From Candidatus Sumerlaeaceae bacterium (lineage in GTDB: Bacteria; Sumerlaeota; Sumerlaeia; Sumerlaeales; Sumerlaeaceae): a stretch of DNA of 53,938 bases. The notes under the pieces are model-generated. The model was not told where the DNA came from. It saw only the letters and a list, made by a program, of their open reading frames with translations, and ran no database searches. The stretch covers positions 1-53,938 of the forward strand of contig JBPCLP010000007.1 of NCBI GenBank assembly GCA_051003195.1. Direction: 5' to 3'. Made by a program: the position numbers and the translations under genes. The number at the start of each line of letters is the position of its first letter. Position 1 is the stretch's first letter. Below are positions 37,585-48,027 of this stretch, piece by piece.

Positions 37585-38115
37585 ATGATACCCGCATTGC
37601 TCGGGCTCGCGGTCGTAATTGCCGCATTCGGTGCAGTCGTGGCCACCCGGCCCGGCAGCTTCGTGGTTACACGCAGCGCAACTATCTTCGCACCACCGGA
37701 CAGGGTCTTTCCACACGTGAACAGTCTGCGCAGCTGGACTGCGTGGTCGCCATGGGAAAAATTGGACCCTGCCCTGAAGCGGGAGTTCGAAGGGCCCGAA
37801 TCGGGTCCCGGAGCAATTTACCGGTGGCAGGGCAACAAGAACGTTGGCGTTGGCAGCATGACGATCTCCGATAGCCAACCCAGTGAGCTGGTGCGCATCA
37901 AACTCGAATTTCTGAAGCCATTTGCGGCGACGAATGATGTGCAGTTCAAATTTGAGCCGGACGGAAACAAGACGCGCGTGACGTGGAGCATGACCGGCAA
38001 CAATAACTTCATGGCGAAGGCCATGCACATGTTCATGAACATCGACAAGATGGTGGGCGGACAATTTGAAAAGGGGCTCGCTAACCTTAAAAGCGTGGCT
38101 GAAACGGCAGGCTGA
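37585..38115 (+). CDS. SRPBCC (polyketide cyclase/START-like) family protein
   Basis: RPGSFVVTRSATI.APP, WSPWEKLDP, VGVGSMTI, FLKPF, TRVTWSM, FEKGLANLK; RBS AGGAGG. Confidence 0.9.
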   Translation: MIPALLGLAVVIAAFGAVVATRPGSFVVTRSATIFAPPDRVFPHVNSLRSWTAWSPWEKLDPALKREFEGPESGPGAIYRWQGNKNVGVGSMTISDSQPSELVRIKLEFLKPFAATNDVQFKFEPDGNKTRVTWSMTGNNNFMAKAMHMFMNIDKMVGGQFEKGLANLKSVAETAG

Positions 38116-38243
38116 TTCCAGGATTTTGGCAAACTGGGAAAGACGATTAACGCGTGTGTTGTCCATTTGACTCGCACCTGCTCGTCGACATTACAAATCG
38201 CGAAACTCCCGGTCACCATCACTCAACGCAGGAAGGCTGAAAT

Positions 38244-39422
38244 ATGAGCAGCATACGTGTTCTGGTTGGAACAAAGAAGGGCGCGTTTATACTGACGTCC
38301 GACGGCAAGCGCACCAGGTGGGATGTGAACGGCCCGCACTTTGCCGGCTGGGAAATCTACCATCTCAAGGGCTCCCCTCTCGATCCGAACCGGTTGTTCG
38401 CCTCGCAAAGCAGCGGATGGTTCGGACAGATCATCCAGCGGTCCGAAGACGGCGGCAAAACGTGGAACCCTCCCGGCGGCGAAAAGATGCCAGACCCCGC
38501 TGGTCCGCCTGCTCCGCCTAGCAACAGGTTCGCCTATGATGTCTCGCCGGAGACCGGACTGCCGCTCGGCACCCACTCGTGGTACGACGGCACCCAGCAC
38601 CCATGGGAATTCAAACGCGTGTGGCACCTCGAGCCCTCACTTACAGATCCGGACACCGTTTACGCCGGCGTGGAAGATGCCGCGCTCTTTCGCACCACTG
38701 ACGGCGGCCAGAGCTGGCACGAGATTGCCAGCCTGCGCGCCGTCAAGGGTAACCTGTGGGCTCCCGGCGCCGGCGGCATGGGCCTGCACACCATTCTGCT
38801 CGATCCGACCAACCCGAACCGCATCTACATCGCGATCTCGGCCGCGGGCGCGTTTCGCACCGACGACGGAGGCAAGACATGGCTGCCCATCAATCGCGGA
38901 CTGAAATCCAATTACGAGCTGGCCGATCCACAGGCCGACGTCGGTCATTGCGTGCACCGCATCGCCATGCATCCATCCCGACCCGGTGTGCTCTACATGC
39001 AGAAGCACTGGGATGTAATGCGAACCGACAACGCCGGTGACTTGTGGAATGAAGTTAGTGGTAACCTCCCCAGCGATTTTGGTTTTCCCATCGAAGTGCA
39101 CGCGCATGAGCCCGACACGATCTACGTGGTGCCGATCAAGAGCGACTCCGAGCACTTCCCGCCTGATGGAAAACTGCGCGTGTATCGCAGCAAGACCGGA
39201 GGCAACGAGTGGGAAGCACTCACCAAAGGTCTCCCGCAGAGCGACTGCTATGTGAACGTGCTGCGCGACGCGATGGCCGTCGATACGCTCGACGACTGCG
39301 GCGTGTATTTTGGAACTACCGGCGGACAGGTGTACGCATCCAGCGATTCCGGCGATTCATGGTCGCCCATCGTGCGCGATCTTCCCTCCGTTCTGTCCGT
39401 AGAAGTTCAGACACTGCCATGA
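38244..39422 (+). CDS. BNR/Asp-box repeat beta-propeller (sialidase-like) protein
   Basis: [10 protein letters not shown] start; repeated RSEDGGKTW / RTTDGGQSW / RTDDGGKTW Asp-boxes; no signal peptide. Confidence 0.88.
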   Translation: MSSIRVLVGTKKGAFILTSDGKRTRWDVNGPHFAGWEIYHLKGSPLDPNRLFASQSSGWFGQIIQRSEDGGKTWNPPGGEKMPDPAGPPAPPSNRFAYDVSPETGLPLGTHSWYDGTQHPWEFKRVWHLEPSLTDPDTVYAGVEDAALFRTTDGGQSWHEIASLRAVKGNLWAPGAGGMGLHTILLDPTNPNRIYIAISAAGAFRTDDGGKTWLPINRGLKSNYELADPQADVGHCVHRIAMHPSRPGVLYMQKHWDVMRTDNAGDLWNEVSGNLPSDFGFPIEVHAHEPDTIYVVPIKSDSEHFPPDGKLRVYRSKTGGNEWEALTKGLPQSDCYVNVLRDAMAVDTLDDCGVYFGTTGGQVYASSDSGDSWSPIVRDLPSVLSVEVQTLP

Positions 39423-39456
39423 TCCCGCAACCGCGGACGCCTCGCCCGCATACCCC

Positions 39457-39762
39457 ATGTCGCTAGTCCGGGTCATGCTGCCCGCCCACCTGCGTACGCT
39501 CGCGCGCGTCACCGGCAGCGAGGTACAGGTCGACCTGACTGGGCCCATCACGCAGCGCGCGATCCTGGATGCCATCGAGGCCAGGTTTCCCGTGTTGCGC
39601 GGCACCATCCGCGATCACGACAGCGACAAGCGCCGACCCCTCGTCCGCTTCTTCGCCTGCGAGCAGGATTTCTCCCATGATCCGCCCGACACTCCCCTGC
39701 CCGACGCTGTCGCCAATGGCACGGAACCGTTCATGATCGTCGGAGCCATGGCCGGCGGCTGA
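39457..39762 (+). CDS. MoaD/ThiS family ubiquitin-like protein
   Basis: [17 protein letters not shown]...RRPLVRFF, C-terminal AMAGG. Confidence 0.9.
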   Translation: MSLVRVMLPAHLRTLARVTGSEVQVDLTGPITQRAILDAIEARFPVLRGTIRDHDSDKRRPLVRFFACEQDFSHDPPDTPLPDAVANGTEPFMIVGAMAGG

Positions 39763-39780
39763 ACCCACTAACCCAACAAC

Positions 39781-39822
39781 CATCCAATCGATCACATCGA
39801 TCCCATCGAACCCATCGAACCT
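39781..39822. repeat. 9-bp micro-repeats (C-C/A-CATCGA-T/A)
   Basis: ccaatcgat cacatcgat cccatcgaa cccatcgaa. Confidence 0.55.
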
Positions 39823-39882
39823 CCTATCCTCGACCCCAAATTTTCCCTTGTCGTTTTTTATCATCTCCCGAGCAATGAGCCG

Positions 39883-42000
39883 ATGAACTTGCGAATCCTT
39901 GCTTCGATACTTGCCCTCACGTTCCTTCCTGCCCTCTCCCCCGCCGTGGTCGAACCGTTTACCTTCATTCATCTCTCGGATCCCCATATCGGCGTCGAAG
40001 GCCACGACGAACGCCTCCGCCAGGCGCTGGCCGACGTCGATACCAACTTCCCGGAGGCCGAGCTCATCGTCATCTCTGGCGACCTCACCGAATTCGGCCG
40101 CGTGGACGAATTCACCACCTTCACCGACATCATCAAAACCAGCAAACGCCCGGTCTACAATGCCACCGGCAACCACGACGTACGCTGGTCCGAGAGCGGC
40201 AAGGAGAACTACCGCAAGTTTGTCGGCGACACCTACATCCGAGTCGACCACAAGGGAATGCATTTCTTCCTGCTCGATGTGACCGTGCTGCTCGAACACT
40301 ACGGCCACTTCGATGGCCAGCAGCTCGCGAAGCTCGAAGCCGACCTCAAGTCGCTCCCGCCGGGCGAACCCGGTGTTTGCGTGATGCACCACCCGCCGCT
40401 CAGTGCCGGACACTACATCGACAACGAATTCCAGTTTGCCGACCTCATTGGCGCGTACAACGTCCCGCTCATCTGCGACGGCCACGGCCACGGCTTCATG
40501 CGCTATTCGTTCAACGGCATCGAGTTCTGCATGGGCGGCAGTACGTCGAACAGCGGCGCCCCCCCGCGAAGCTACCGTGTGTATCATGTCACACCGGAAA
40601 CGATAACCCCCATCACGCGCATCTTCGATCGCAATAAGACGACCACCGAACCCGTGATCGCTACCCAGAAACCTGCGCTCCCAAAGATCGGCTTTTCAAA
40701 CGTCGCTGGAATTCTTCCCGGCCGCAAACAGGTCATCGCCAGCATGGGCGACCAGCCGCTCACCCGGCCCGTCACGCTCATCGTCGACCACGTCAGCAGC
40801 CCCGGCATGCAGCTCAAAAATGGCGAGGTGCCGCTCGACCTCGTCAAGAACCCGGGCCGCCACCAGGTGACCGTCGCGGCAGCCGCCGACGCGGATACCA
40901 CCATCTGCGCCACCATGCAGTTTGAATCCGTGGAGATGAATCTCGGTAAAACTATGCGACGCACGGCCGATCCGGTTGGCCCACGCGGCATCACGCGCAG
41001 GTTCGCGCTCAAGTCCGGCTGTCAGTCCAACCCCGCCGTCGATGGCGACGTGCTCTACGCCGGCGCCAACGACGGAATCCTGCGCGCAATCAATCTCGCC
41101 TCGGACAAAGGCGACGTGCTTTGGGAGAAGAACCTGAACCGCGAAATTCTCTCCGCACCCGCCCTCACTTCCCAAACCGTCATCGTCGCCTCTATGGATT
41201 CCCACATCTACTGCCTCGACAAGGCGACCGGAAACGAAGTCTGGAAAGTGAAAACCGGCCAAGCCGTGTCTGCTTCGCCGCTCGTCACCACCGAGACAGT
41301 CTACATCGGCTCCGGCGACTTCAACATGTACGCGCTCGACGTGTTGACCGGACGCGAGAAATGGCGCTTCGCCGCCACGCGCCTTATCAAGGCAACACCC
41401 GCCCTCGCCGAGGGCAAACTATTCTTCGGCGCGTGGGACAATTTCTTTTACTGCCTGGATGCGGCCACGGGCGCCCTCGTGTGGAAAGTTCCCGTATCCA
41501 ACCGTGCCAATGGCCATTTCTCCGCCGCCACCAGCAACCCGGTCATCAGCGGCGAAAATATTATCTTCTGCTCGCACGACTACACCGTGCGGTGCATCTC
41601 CCAGCAGACCGGCGGCACTGTCTGGACATACAAGCCGACCAAGGAAGAACTGGGGCCCAGCTACTCCACTGCCGTTATTAAAGGCGGTGTCGCGTACTTT
41701 GGTTCGATCAACGGCCACGTCGTCGGGTTTGATGTCGAGCGCGGCACAAAGGTGTTCGACCTCGACATACGTCCGTCGAAGAAGGATGACATTTTCGATT
41801 CCTTGCCACTGTTGCAGGGCAACAAGCTGTATTTCGGCACCGTGAATGGAAACCTCTACTGCGTCGACCTGGAGAAAAAGGCCGTCGACTGGAGTGTCGC
41901 TCTTCAGCCCTCGTTTATATTTACCCGGCCGGCCGCGTGGAAGGACCGCGTGCTCGTGGGTTCCATGGGCGACACGATCTTCGAGGTGAAGGTTCGGTAG
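39883..42000 (+). CDS. Secreted metallophosphoesterase plus PQQ-like beta-propeller fusion
   Basis: Signal peptide; DPH, GDLT, GNHD, HHP, GHGH motifs; repeated YCLD..TG..VWK propeller blades. Confidence 0.9.
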   Translation: MNLRILASILALTFLPALSPAVVEPFTFIHLSDPHIGVEGHDERLRQALADVDTNFPEAELIVISGDLTEFGRVDEFTTFTDIIKTSKRPVYNATGNHDVRWSESGKENYRKFVGDTYIRVDHKGMHFFLLDVTVLLEHYGHFDGQQLAKLEADLKSLPPGEPGVCVMHHPPLSAGHYIDNEFQFADLIGAYNVPLICDGHGHGFMRYSFNGIEFCMGGSTSNSGAPPRSYRVYHVTPETITPITRIFDRNKTTTEPVIATQKPALPKIGFSNVAGILPGRKQVIASMGDQPLTRPVTLIVDHVSSPGMQLKNGEVPLDLVKNPGRHQVTVAAAADADTTICATMQFESVEMNLGKTMRRTADPVGPRGITRRFALKSGCQSNPAVDGDVLYAGANDGILRAINLASDKGDVLWEKNLNREILSAPALTSQTVIVASMDSHIYCLDKATGNEVWKVKTGQAVSASPLVTTETVYIGSGDFNMYALDVLTGREKWRFAATRLIKATPALAEGKLFFGAWDNFFYCLDAATGALVWKVPVSNRANGHFSAATSNPVISGENIIFCSHDYTVRCISQQTGGTVWTYKPTKEELGPSYSTAVIKGGVAYFGSINGHVVGFDVERGTKVFDLDIRPSKKDDIFDSLPLLQGNKLYFGTVNGNLYCVDLEKKAVDWSVALQPSFIFTRPAAWKDRVLVGSMGDTIFEVKVR

Positions 42001-42155
42001 GTCTGTAGAATTCGGGTGCTGGTGAGCGAGTTTCCGGCGTGCTGGATAAACGCCCAACCGTGCGGAACGCGGTGATGCATGCTCATTCTGGCAACTTTGT
42101 CCCATCGATTCCGCAGCAGACATGAACCGCGACGTAATTTCCCTCTGGCTCCAGA

Positions 42156-43031
42156 TTACAATACGGGAGTTGCCTCGGTCGGCGGCTTATCACTCAGCGG
42201 TGGGGAGTTTGGATCCGCAATTTTACCGAGCCCCTCCGTCGTATCCACGTACGTCAGCCGAAACTCCTGCAGGACCGGCGACGCTTTACTGGTTGAAGTC
42301 AGAGTAAGCCGATACCGCGCGTACGGATATAGCTCGAGTCCGTTTGCTATACCGCTTCCGCTGATTGCGCCATAATTCGGGTTGGGCCGGCCGTCCGGGT
42401 ACGTTGGGCTGATGTCGTCGCCGGAAGGTTCAATAGCGTACCATTGCGACCACTTCTCCTGGTCTGCACTTAGCGCCACCTCTACCATGCAACCCGAATC
42501 CGGGACAGACTTCACGCGCCAGATTGGCTGAACGGCATTGCTGGGCTGCGCAAGGACGATCACTGGGGATTCCAGCGTTCCCCGTCTGGAACCACCTTCG
42601 GACGGAGAACTTGCTGAATCATCGTCGGCGAGTTCCAGGCCGTCTACAGTACGTTCCAGGTGTTCCAGCTTGTAGCCATCCAGGGATTTCTGAAAACCAC
42701 GGAAGTCGTCGAACAGGCGTCCAATCGTGGCATTTCGCTCACGGTAAGGTTCCGTCGTGGCCGCATCAGCATCCGCCGGAACACTTACCGCCGTATCCTC
42801 GCTCGATTGTGCAACCAGCCGGTCGGACGAACTCGCGGCGTTCTTGGTTAATCTTGCAGATTGTTTGGAATTCTTCCTGATGGCCATCTCGTCATCCCTG
42901 GCAACGCTGGAGTCCACAGGCAACCCAGGCGGATTGTTGATTAACCCTCGAATGACGAGCACAGCGGCTGCAAACGCCACTACGCCCAACACGACCATGA
43001 TCAAACGCGAACGCTGTTGCTGCTGGCTCAT
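42156..43031 (-). CDS. Hypothetical single-pass membrane protein with beta-sandwich domain
   Basis: N-terminal TM, low-complexity linker, GTLESPV...WSQWY...YRLTL..SPVLQEFRLTYVD domain. Confidence 0.7.
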   Translation of the reverse strand: MSQQQQRSRLIMVVLGVVAFAAAVLVIRGLINNPPGLPVDSSVARDDEMAIRKNSKQSARLTKNAASSSDRLVAQSSEDTAVSVPADADAATTEPYRERNATIGRLFDDFRGFQKSLDGYKLEHLERTVDGLELADDDSASSPSEGGSRRGTLESPVIVLAQPSNAVQPIWRVKSVPDSGCMVEVALSADQEKWSQWYAIEPSGDDISPTYPDGRPNPNYGAISGSGIANGLELYPYARYRLTLTSTSKASPVLQEFRLTYVDTTEGLGKIADPNSPPLSDKPPTEATPVL

Positions 43032-43110
43032 CCTAAATCTCCTGCAACGATAAATGTCATGCAACAACTCGTTAACTTGTTGTCCACGCCAAACCCAGCC
43101 GGACGATAAC

Positions 43111-43133
43111 CAGTGGTGCCGAATCAGTAGTTC
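43111..43133. repeat. Isolated left end of the dispersed repeat
   Basis: GCCGAATCAGTAGTTCA identical to the start of the 51378 copy. Confidence 0.5.
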
Positions 43134-43346
43134 ATTACCTATGCGTCACTTCAGCGCCCACTGAAAGGTTGAGTTATTGTTACGAGCCTCGATAAATGTC
43201 AACCAGAAAACCAGTACCATGCGCGCATCCCCTTTATCAGTGGGGGGATCCCACTTCTTTCACCATTCAAAGTAATGCTTGACACCCAGAATTGGTTCGG
43301 TTCTACAACTAATCAGATATACTCATTATAGATTCGGGGAAGCCTC

Positions 43347-44363
43347 ATGAAAACAGTTTGGTTCTCGTACCTGGTTACCGGTCTCCTGCTGACAGTCGTC
43401 AGTGCCCCCAGCAGTTCGTTCGGCGGTGGCAATGCTACACAACCCACCATCTGCACCCGGTCGTGCTGGGGTGCACGATCACCTTCTGGCACCATAAGCC
43501 AGAGTTCGTCGATCACGTTTGCCGTCATTCATCACACCGCCGGGAACGAGTTTTCAACCAGCGGCTATTCTGCGTCGAAGGCAAATGTACGCGCCATCCA
43601 GAATTTCCATATGGATACCAACGGCTGGTCGGACATCGCCTACCACTTCCTCGTCGACAAGTTCGGCTACATCTTTGAAGGCCGGTACTCATCCATCAGC
43701 AGCAAACCCATTGGCGCTCACACACTCGGATACAATACCAACTCCATCGGCTTTAACTGCATGGGCTACTTCCACACCCCGTATAATAATGTGCCTACCG
43801 CAGCAATGCTCGATTCGCTCAGCGACGTTATGGCATGGAAACTTCCAACCTCAGTTGGCGCATCCAGTATCTACGGTCATCGTCAGCTCACTTCAACAGC
43901 GTGCCCCGGCGACTACCTGTATTCCAAGATGAGCACAATTGAGTCTGAGATTTCGAAAAAGCAAAATGGCGGCGCGGTCACCTATTATGACTACACCCCC
44001 GACGTTTCTACCAACTGGATCGAGTCCAGTTACGCCGACGATCGTCTGGGCAGCGTCTACTACTATCGCTCCACTGCCGCCGTAAGTGACCCGGCCACCT
44101 TCATCTGCAACACCAGCGGCGCAGGATTATATGACATCTATGCCTGGTGGCCAGCCGGCACAAACCGTTCTTCCACCACCCCCTTTATCCTGCCTGACAA
44201 CACCACCGTTTATGTTAACCAGCAGATCAACGGAGGCCAGTGGAACAAAATCGGCACGAACCAGTTTAACGTAAGCGGAAACCACTACGTGAAGGTATCC
44301 TGCTGGACGACAGCTGGTTATTTTGTCATGGCAGATGGTGTTAAAATGGTCGGGCCGAAGTAG
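43347..44363 (+). CDS. N-acetylmuramoyl-L-alanine amidase (PGRP/Amidase_2) with C-terminal golvesin-like domain
   Basis: TRSCWGA, VIHHTAG, GWSDIAYHFLV, FEGR, GAHT, GHR, TACPG; C-terminal YAWW..GTNRS..VNQQINGGQWN..MADGVK. Confidence 0.92.
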   Translation: MKTVWFSYLVTGLLLTVVSAPSSSFGGGNATQPTICTRSCWGARSPSGTISQSSSITFAVIHHTAGNEFSTSGYSASKANVRAIQNFHMDTNGWSDIAYHFLVDKFGYIFEGRYSSISSKPIGAHTLGYNTNSIGFNCMGYFHTPYNNVPTAAMLDSLSDVMAWKLPTSVGASSIYGHRQLTSTACPGDYLYSKMSTIESEISKKQNGGAVTYYDYTPDVSTNWIESSYADDRLGSVYYYRSTAAVSDPATFICNTSGAGLYDIYAWWPAGTNRSSTTPFILPDNTTVYVNQQINGGQWNKIGTNQFNVSGNHYVKVSCWTTAGYFVMADGVKMVGPK

Positions 44364-44391
44364 CGGCCACAATCACCAATCAATGACGTTG

Positions 44392-44430
44392 AATGCGGGA
44401 GGAGCGTAATGCTCCTCCCGCATTTTATCT
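44392..44430 (+). terminator. Intrinsic terminator after the amidase
   Basis: AATGCGGGAGGAGC-GTAAT-GCTCCTCCCGCATT followed by TTATCT. Confidence 0.85.
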
Positions 44431-44624
44431 TAGCGATACTCCAAAACAGTTCTGTTTTCCTGTCTACCGGTTGTCATCCCCCGCTCCACAGCAGCGTCTA
44501 AGTCGCTGAGTTACTACTACACTGCATCAGGAGCTTAAACAATGCGCTCGCACCCCGTGCACACATTGTTACCAAAGTTCAACAAGCGCGTCGCAAGGCG
44601 GTGGGTGGTTTGCTCGATATCTTG

Positions 44625-47600
44625 CTAGATCGGAAACTCGAATTGGTAGTTGCCCGACCCGATTAGTAGAGTTGAACGTTTCGAGTCGGGTTCCGCGCGC
44701 ACTTCGTACTGGCCGCCAACCGGCCTGCCGGATTCGAGCAGCTTGTTTGCATCAACTGACGGCAAGTGCAGAGTCGCCCGGGTATTCACGGGAACGGTGG
44801 CATTGATAAACACGCGCGACGAATATGTGGTGGACACACGTACCCAGGAACATCGGATCTCACCGTACGGCGATTGCAGCGCCGCCGTGGCAGAGGTGAT
44901 GGGTCCGTCGACCACCGGGCGCAGGTGGAAGTGTTTGAACCCAACGGAATCGGACGTGCCGCTTTCGTCGGGTGCTATCCCGGCGAGGTCCTGCGAGAAC
45001 CACTCCTGGATGTGGCCGAGCATACAGTGGTTCATGGAATAGTGACGGTAGGCATTCCACGATTCGGGCAACGCGGTCCAACCGGCGTTCGCAAGGAACT
45101 GGTAACTCCCGAGTTCAGTGCGCGCGAGCATTTTGAACAGAGCATCGTGTCGATGACCGTCCGCCAGTGCGCGGACGAGATAGTGGAACCCGACATCACC
45201 CGCGGTTTGCTGCCAGCCGCGCTTCTGCATATCCCCTACAATCCGCTCGACCGTTGCGCTGGTTTTCTCACGCGAAACCATCCCCGTCACCAGCGCCATG
45301 GCATTCGCCGTTTGCGGGCTGCCGTTGTTTTTGTACTCGCCTGCCGTCACCTGGAAATGACGGTTGAACGACTCGCGGATTTTGTCCGTCAATTCACGAT
45401 ACTTTCGCTCGTCATCCGACCGGCCTAGTACACCTGCCGCCTGCGATACGCGACCCGCGCAGTCCGCATAGATGCACATCGCAGTAAGGTCGGTCGGTGT
45501 GAAGCGCGACGCGCCGAGCTCCTGCCCATGGCCATAGTCGTACCAGTCGCCAAGCCCTGCTACAGGCACGTAATCTTTCGCCGTGCTCGACATGTAGTCG
45601 ACGAATCGGTGCATGCAGTCGTAGTTCTCCACTAGCACGCGTCGATCACCGTACCAGACGTAAGTGTACCACGGGATGAGCACCCCCGAGGCTCCCCATT
45701 CGGGGGTGTACTGAAACCCGCCGGGGAATCCATCGGGATACGCCGGAGCAACGGTGAAAATCTCGCCGCTCGGCTGCTGCGCGTCGCGAATGTCGCGTGC
45801 GACTTTGGGTCCGAAGCGCGCCAGGTCGTACCGCGAAGCGATGGAAGGCCACATCAGGTGAATGACTTCGAGCCAGCCCATCTTCTCCCGATGCGGGCAA
45901 TCCGTCAGTACATGGCTCAGGTTGCTCCGGACGCTCCAGTCCACCATCCGGTCAATCTTCTCGTACATGGGGTCGGAGCAGTTGAATGTGCCCACAGTGG
46001 GCGCACCGGAGCGCACGTGTACGGATTTGAGGTCAAGCAGTACGGGTTTGTTTTCTGGATTGGGCCAGCCGTTGGGCACGGCGCCGGTTACTTCCATATA
46101 TTGGTAACCCGAGTAATACAGGTCGGAGAACCAGCTCTCTTCCTCACCTCCCCGCAATGTGTATTCGAGATAGTTTGGAGAGCGAATTCCCGACTGGTCT
46201 GCTAGGCCCTTGCCGTCGTTGTGAGCGTCCTTGCTCCCCTGCCGCTGCTCGGAGTACGTAAGCCGGACTTTTGACCCCGCCGGACCTTTTACACGCAACC
46301 GTGGCGCTGCCGATGCATTCTGGCCGAAGTCGTAGACGTAATGCCCGGGCGCGGGTTCTGTAATGGATGCGGGTTGGAACTCTTCGAACGTTCGAAGGGA
46401 CGGCGAGATTGCGGCGCTGAGAAGCCACTGCGGCTTGACTGAGAGCGCAGCATTCGACCAGCCATTTGACTGGGCTCCTGCGGAAGCCCATCCGTTAGGG
46501 AGTTGACGAGCGTCGTAATCCGCACCCCCGAGGATGGCCGTGTGCGTGTATGGCCCGGGCCGACACTGCCATGTGTCGTCGGTTTGCACCACGTCCGTTG
46601 TCCCATCCGTGTATTCCACGCGCGCTTGCACGATGAGCGACAGCGGCCGGCTGGCATGGTTGCCGTTGATACGCCGGTCGCCTGCCGTGTTGAAAAAACC
46701 GTTGGCCAGCATTACGCCAAACGCATTATCGCCCTGGCGTACGTGCGAGGTGATGTCGTAGGTGTTGTAGAAAGCGGTCTTACGATACTCGGCCCATGGC
46801 GGATCGAGAAAAGTGTCGGCCGCCGGCTTGCCGTTGACGAAGAGCTTATGATGACCGAGCCCGCAAATGTGTACGACCGCCCTGCGAATCGGCTTCGCCA
46901 GTGCGAACTGTTTCCGAAAAATTGGACGCGGACCCACTGCCGCGGTAACGGTTGCTCGCTCCCATGGTTTCATACCCCATGGGCCAAGTACGCGCGCGGC
47001 AGAGGGGCTGGCTTTACCGCCGTCAATGGAGACTCGCCAGCTCGAGTCGGTCGCGATTTGCGTGGTGGTGCCATCAGCAAACCGCACGTACAGTAAACCA
47101 ACAAGTCCTGCGGGGTTCGGATGATCACCCCCGTTCGTCGCCGTGATCCGCACCGTATTTGAGGCACCGGGCTTGAGTTGCTCGGTCACAGTGAACTGCC
47201 GCGCCTGCTCCCAGTCCGGGATCTCGCCCATATCTCTGTTATTCAAAAATAGCCTGCCGCTGTTGTCGGCGGACGCCGTCATGACTGCCGAGGTGATACT
47301 CGCGGAGGGCAACGTGAACTCCCGCACGAAAGTGCAGGTAACGCCCTCGCCTACCTGCGGCAGCTTGCCTTGGGCAGGCTCCGGCTCCTGCGCCCATATC
47401 CACGACGCGCGTTCCATCGGAACTGAAGTTATCGCCGTTTCATCGCCAGAGCCAATCCATTTGGCAGACCACTCCGATGGTTGAAGAAGGGCTGTCGTGA
47501 ACGAAGCAGGTTCTGCCGCAGCCGCTTGCGCTCCCCGTGCATCCCACACGCGTACTGTCCAGAAAACCTGTTGATCGGACCGCAGCGGCTTGCCGGCGTA

Positions 47601-47915
47601 TTCGACAAGGATCGACTGATCGGAAGAGATGCGTCCGCTGTCCCACAGGTCGGCTTTCCCGGGCTCCAGCAACTCACGCGAGCTTGCAGCAAGAAGTTGA
47701 TATGCCGACTGGCGCTGTGCGCGTTCGGTGCTCGTGAGCACCCAGCTGAAGCGCGGCTTCGGCGTGTCGATGTTAATGGGCTCAGGCAGGTTTTCGCAAC
47801 GCAGTTGCGTGACACTCAGCCCTGCACCCGTCGGTTGGGCTGAGACTGGCGTCTGGTTCATCAGCAACCCACTCGCAAACAGCAGTACAGCGAAACGGCA
47901 AAGGCGCAAGGCCAT
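44625..47915 (-). CDS. Alpha-L-rhamnosidase (GH78)
   Basis: Signal peptide; PRFSW, LWDSG, YDFGQN, TDCPHREKMGWLE, GLGDW, SMNHCMLG. Confidence 0.93.
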   Translation of the reverse strand: MALRLCRFAVLLFASGLLMNQTPVSAQPTGAGLSVTQLRCENLPEPINIDTPKPRFSWVLTSTERAQRQSAYQLLAASSRELLEPGKADLWDSGRISSDQSILVEYAGKPLRSDQQVFWTVRVWDARGAQAAAAEPASFTTALLQPSEWSAKWIGSGDETAITSVPMERASWIWAQEPEPAQGKLPQVGEGVTCTFVREFTLPSASITSAVMTASADNSGRLFLNNRDMGEIPDWEQARQFTVTEQLKPGASNTVRITATNGGDHPNPAGLVGLLYVRFADGTTTQIATDSSWRVSIDGGKASPSAARVLGPWGMKPWERATVTAAVGPRPIFRKQFALAKPIRRAVVHICGLGHHKLFVNGKPAADTFLDPPWAEYRKTAFYNTYDITSHVRQGDNAFGVMLANGFFNTAGDRRINGNHASRPLSLIVQARVEYTDGTTDVVQTDDTWQCRPGPYTHTAILGGADYDARQLPNGWASAGAQSNGWSNAALSVKPQWLLSAAISPSLRTFEEFQPASITEPAPGHYVYDFGQNASAAPRLRVKGPAGSKVRLTYSEQRQGSKDAHNDGKGLADQSGIRSPNYLEYTLRGGEEESWFSDLYYSGYQYMEVTGAVPNGWPNPENKPVLLDLKSVHVRSGAPTVGTFNCSDPMYEKIDRMVDWSVRSNLSHVLTDCPHREKMGWLEVIHLMWPSIASRYDLARFGPKVARDIRDAQQPSGEIFTVAPAYPDGFPGGFQYTPEWGASGVLIPWYTYVWYGDRRVLVENYDCMHRFVDYMSSTAKDYVPVAGLGDWYDYGHGQELGASRFTPTDLTAMCIYADCAGRVSQAAGVLGRSDDERKYRELTDKIRESFNRHFQVTAGEYKNNGSPQTANAMALVTGMVSREKTSATVERIVGDMQKRGWQQTAGDVGFHYLVRALADGHRHDALFKMLARTELGSYQFLANAGWTALPESWNAYRHYSMNHCMLGHIQEWFSQDLAGIAPDESGTSDSVGFKHFHLRPVVDGPITSATAALQSPYGEIRCSWVRVSTTYSSRVFINATVPVNTRATLHLPSVDANKLLESGRPVGGQYEVRAEPDSKRSTLLIGSGNYQFEFPI

Positions 47916-48027
47916 GGCATTACCTCGACTGGAAGTTGCACAACGGAAGCGTCGAGTGAGAGTTCGTCAATTCAGGCCGCGCAATCACGAAGTGGTACAA
48001 CTTGGAAAAGTTGCCTACTGGAACTCA

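Noticed and set aside
39463..40587. Long antisense ORFs (also 15520-16428, 22571-23467, 24847-25551, 3159-4010)
   Set aside because: Shadows of well-supported genes on the opposite strand, expected in GC-rich DNA; no motifs
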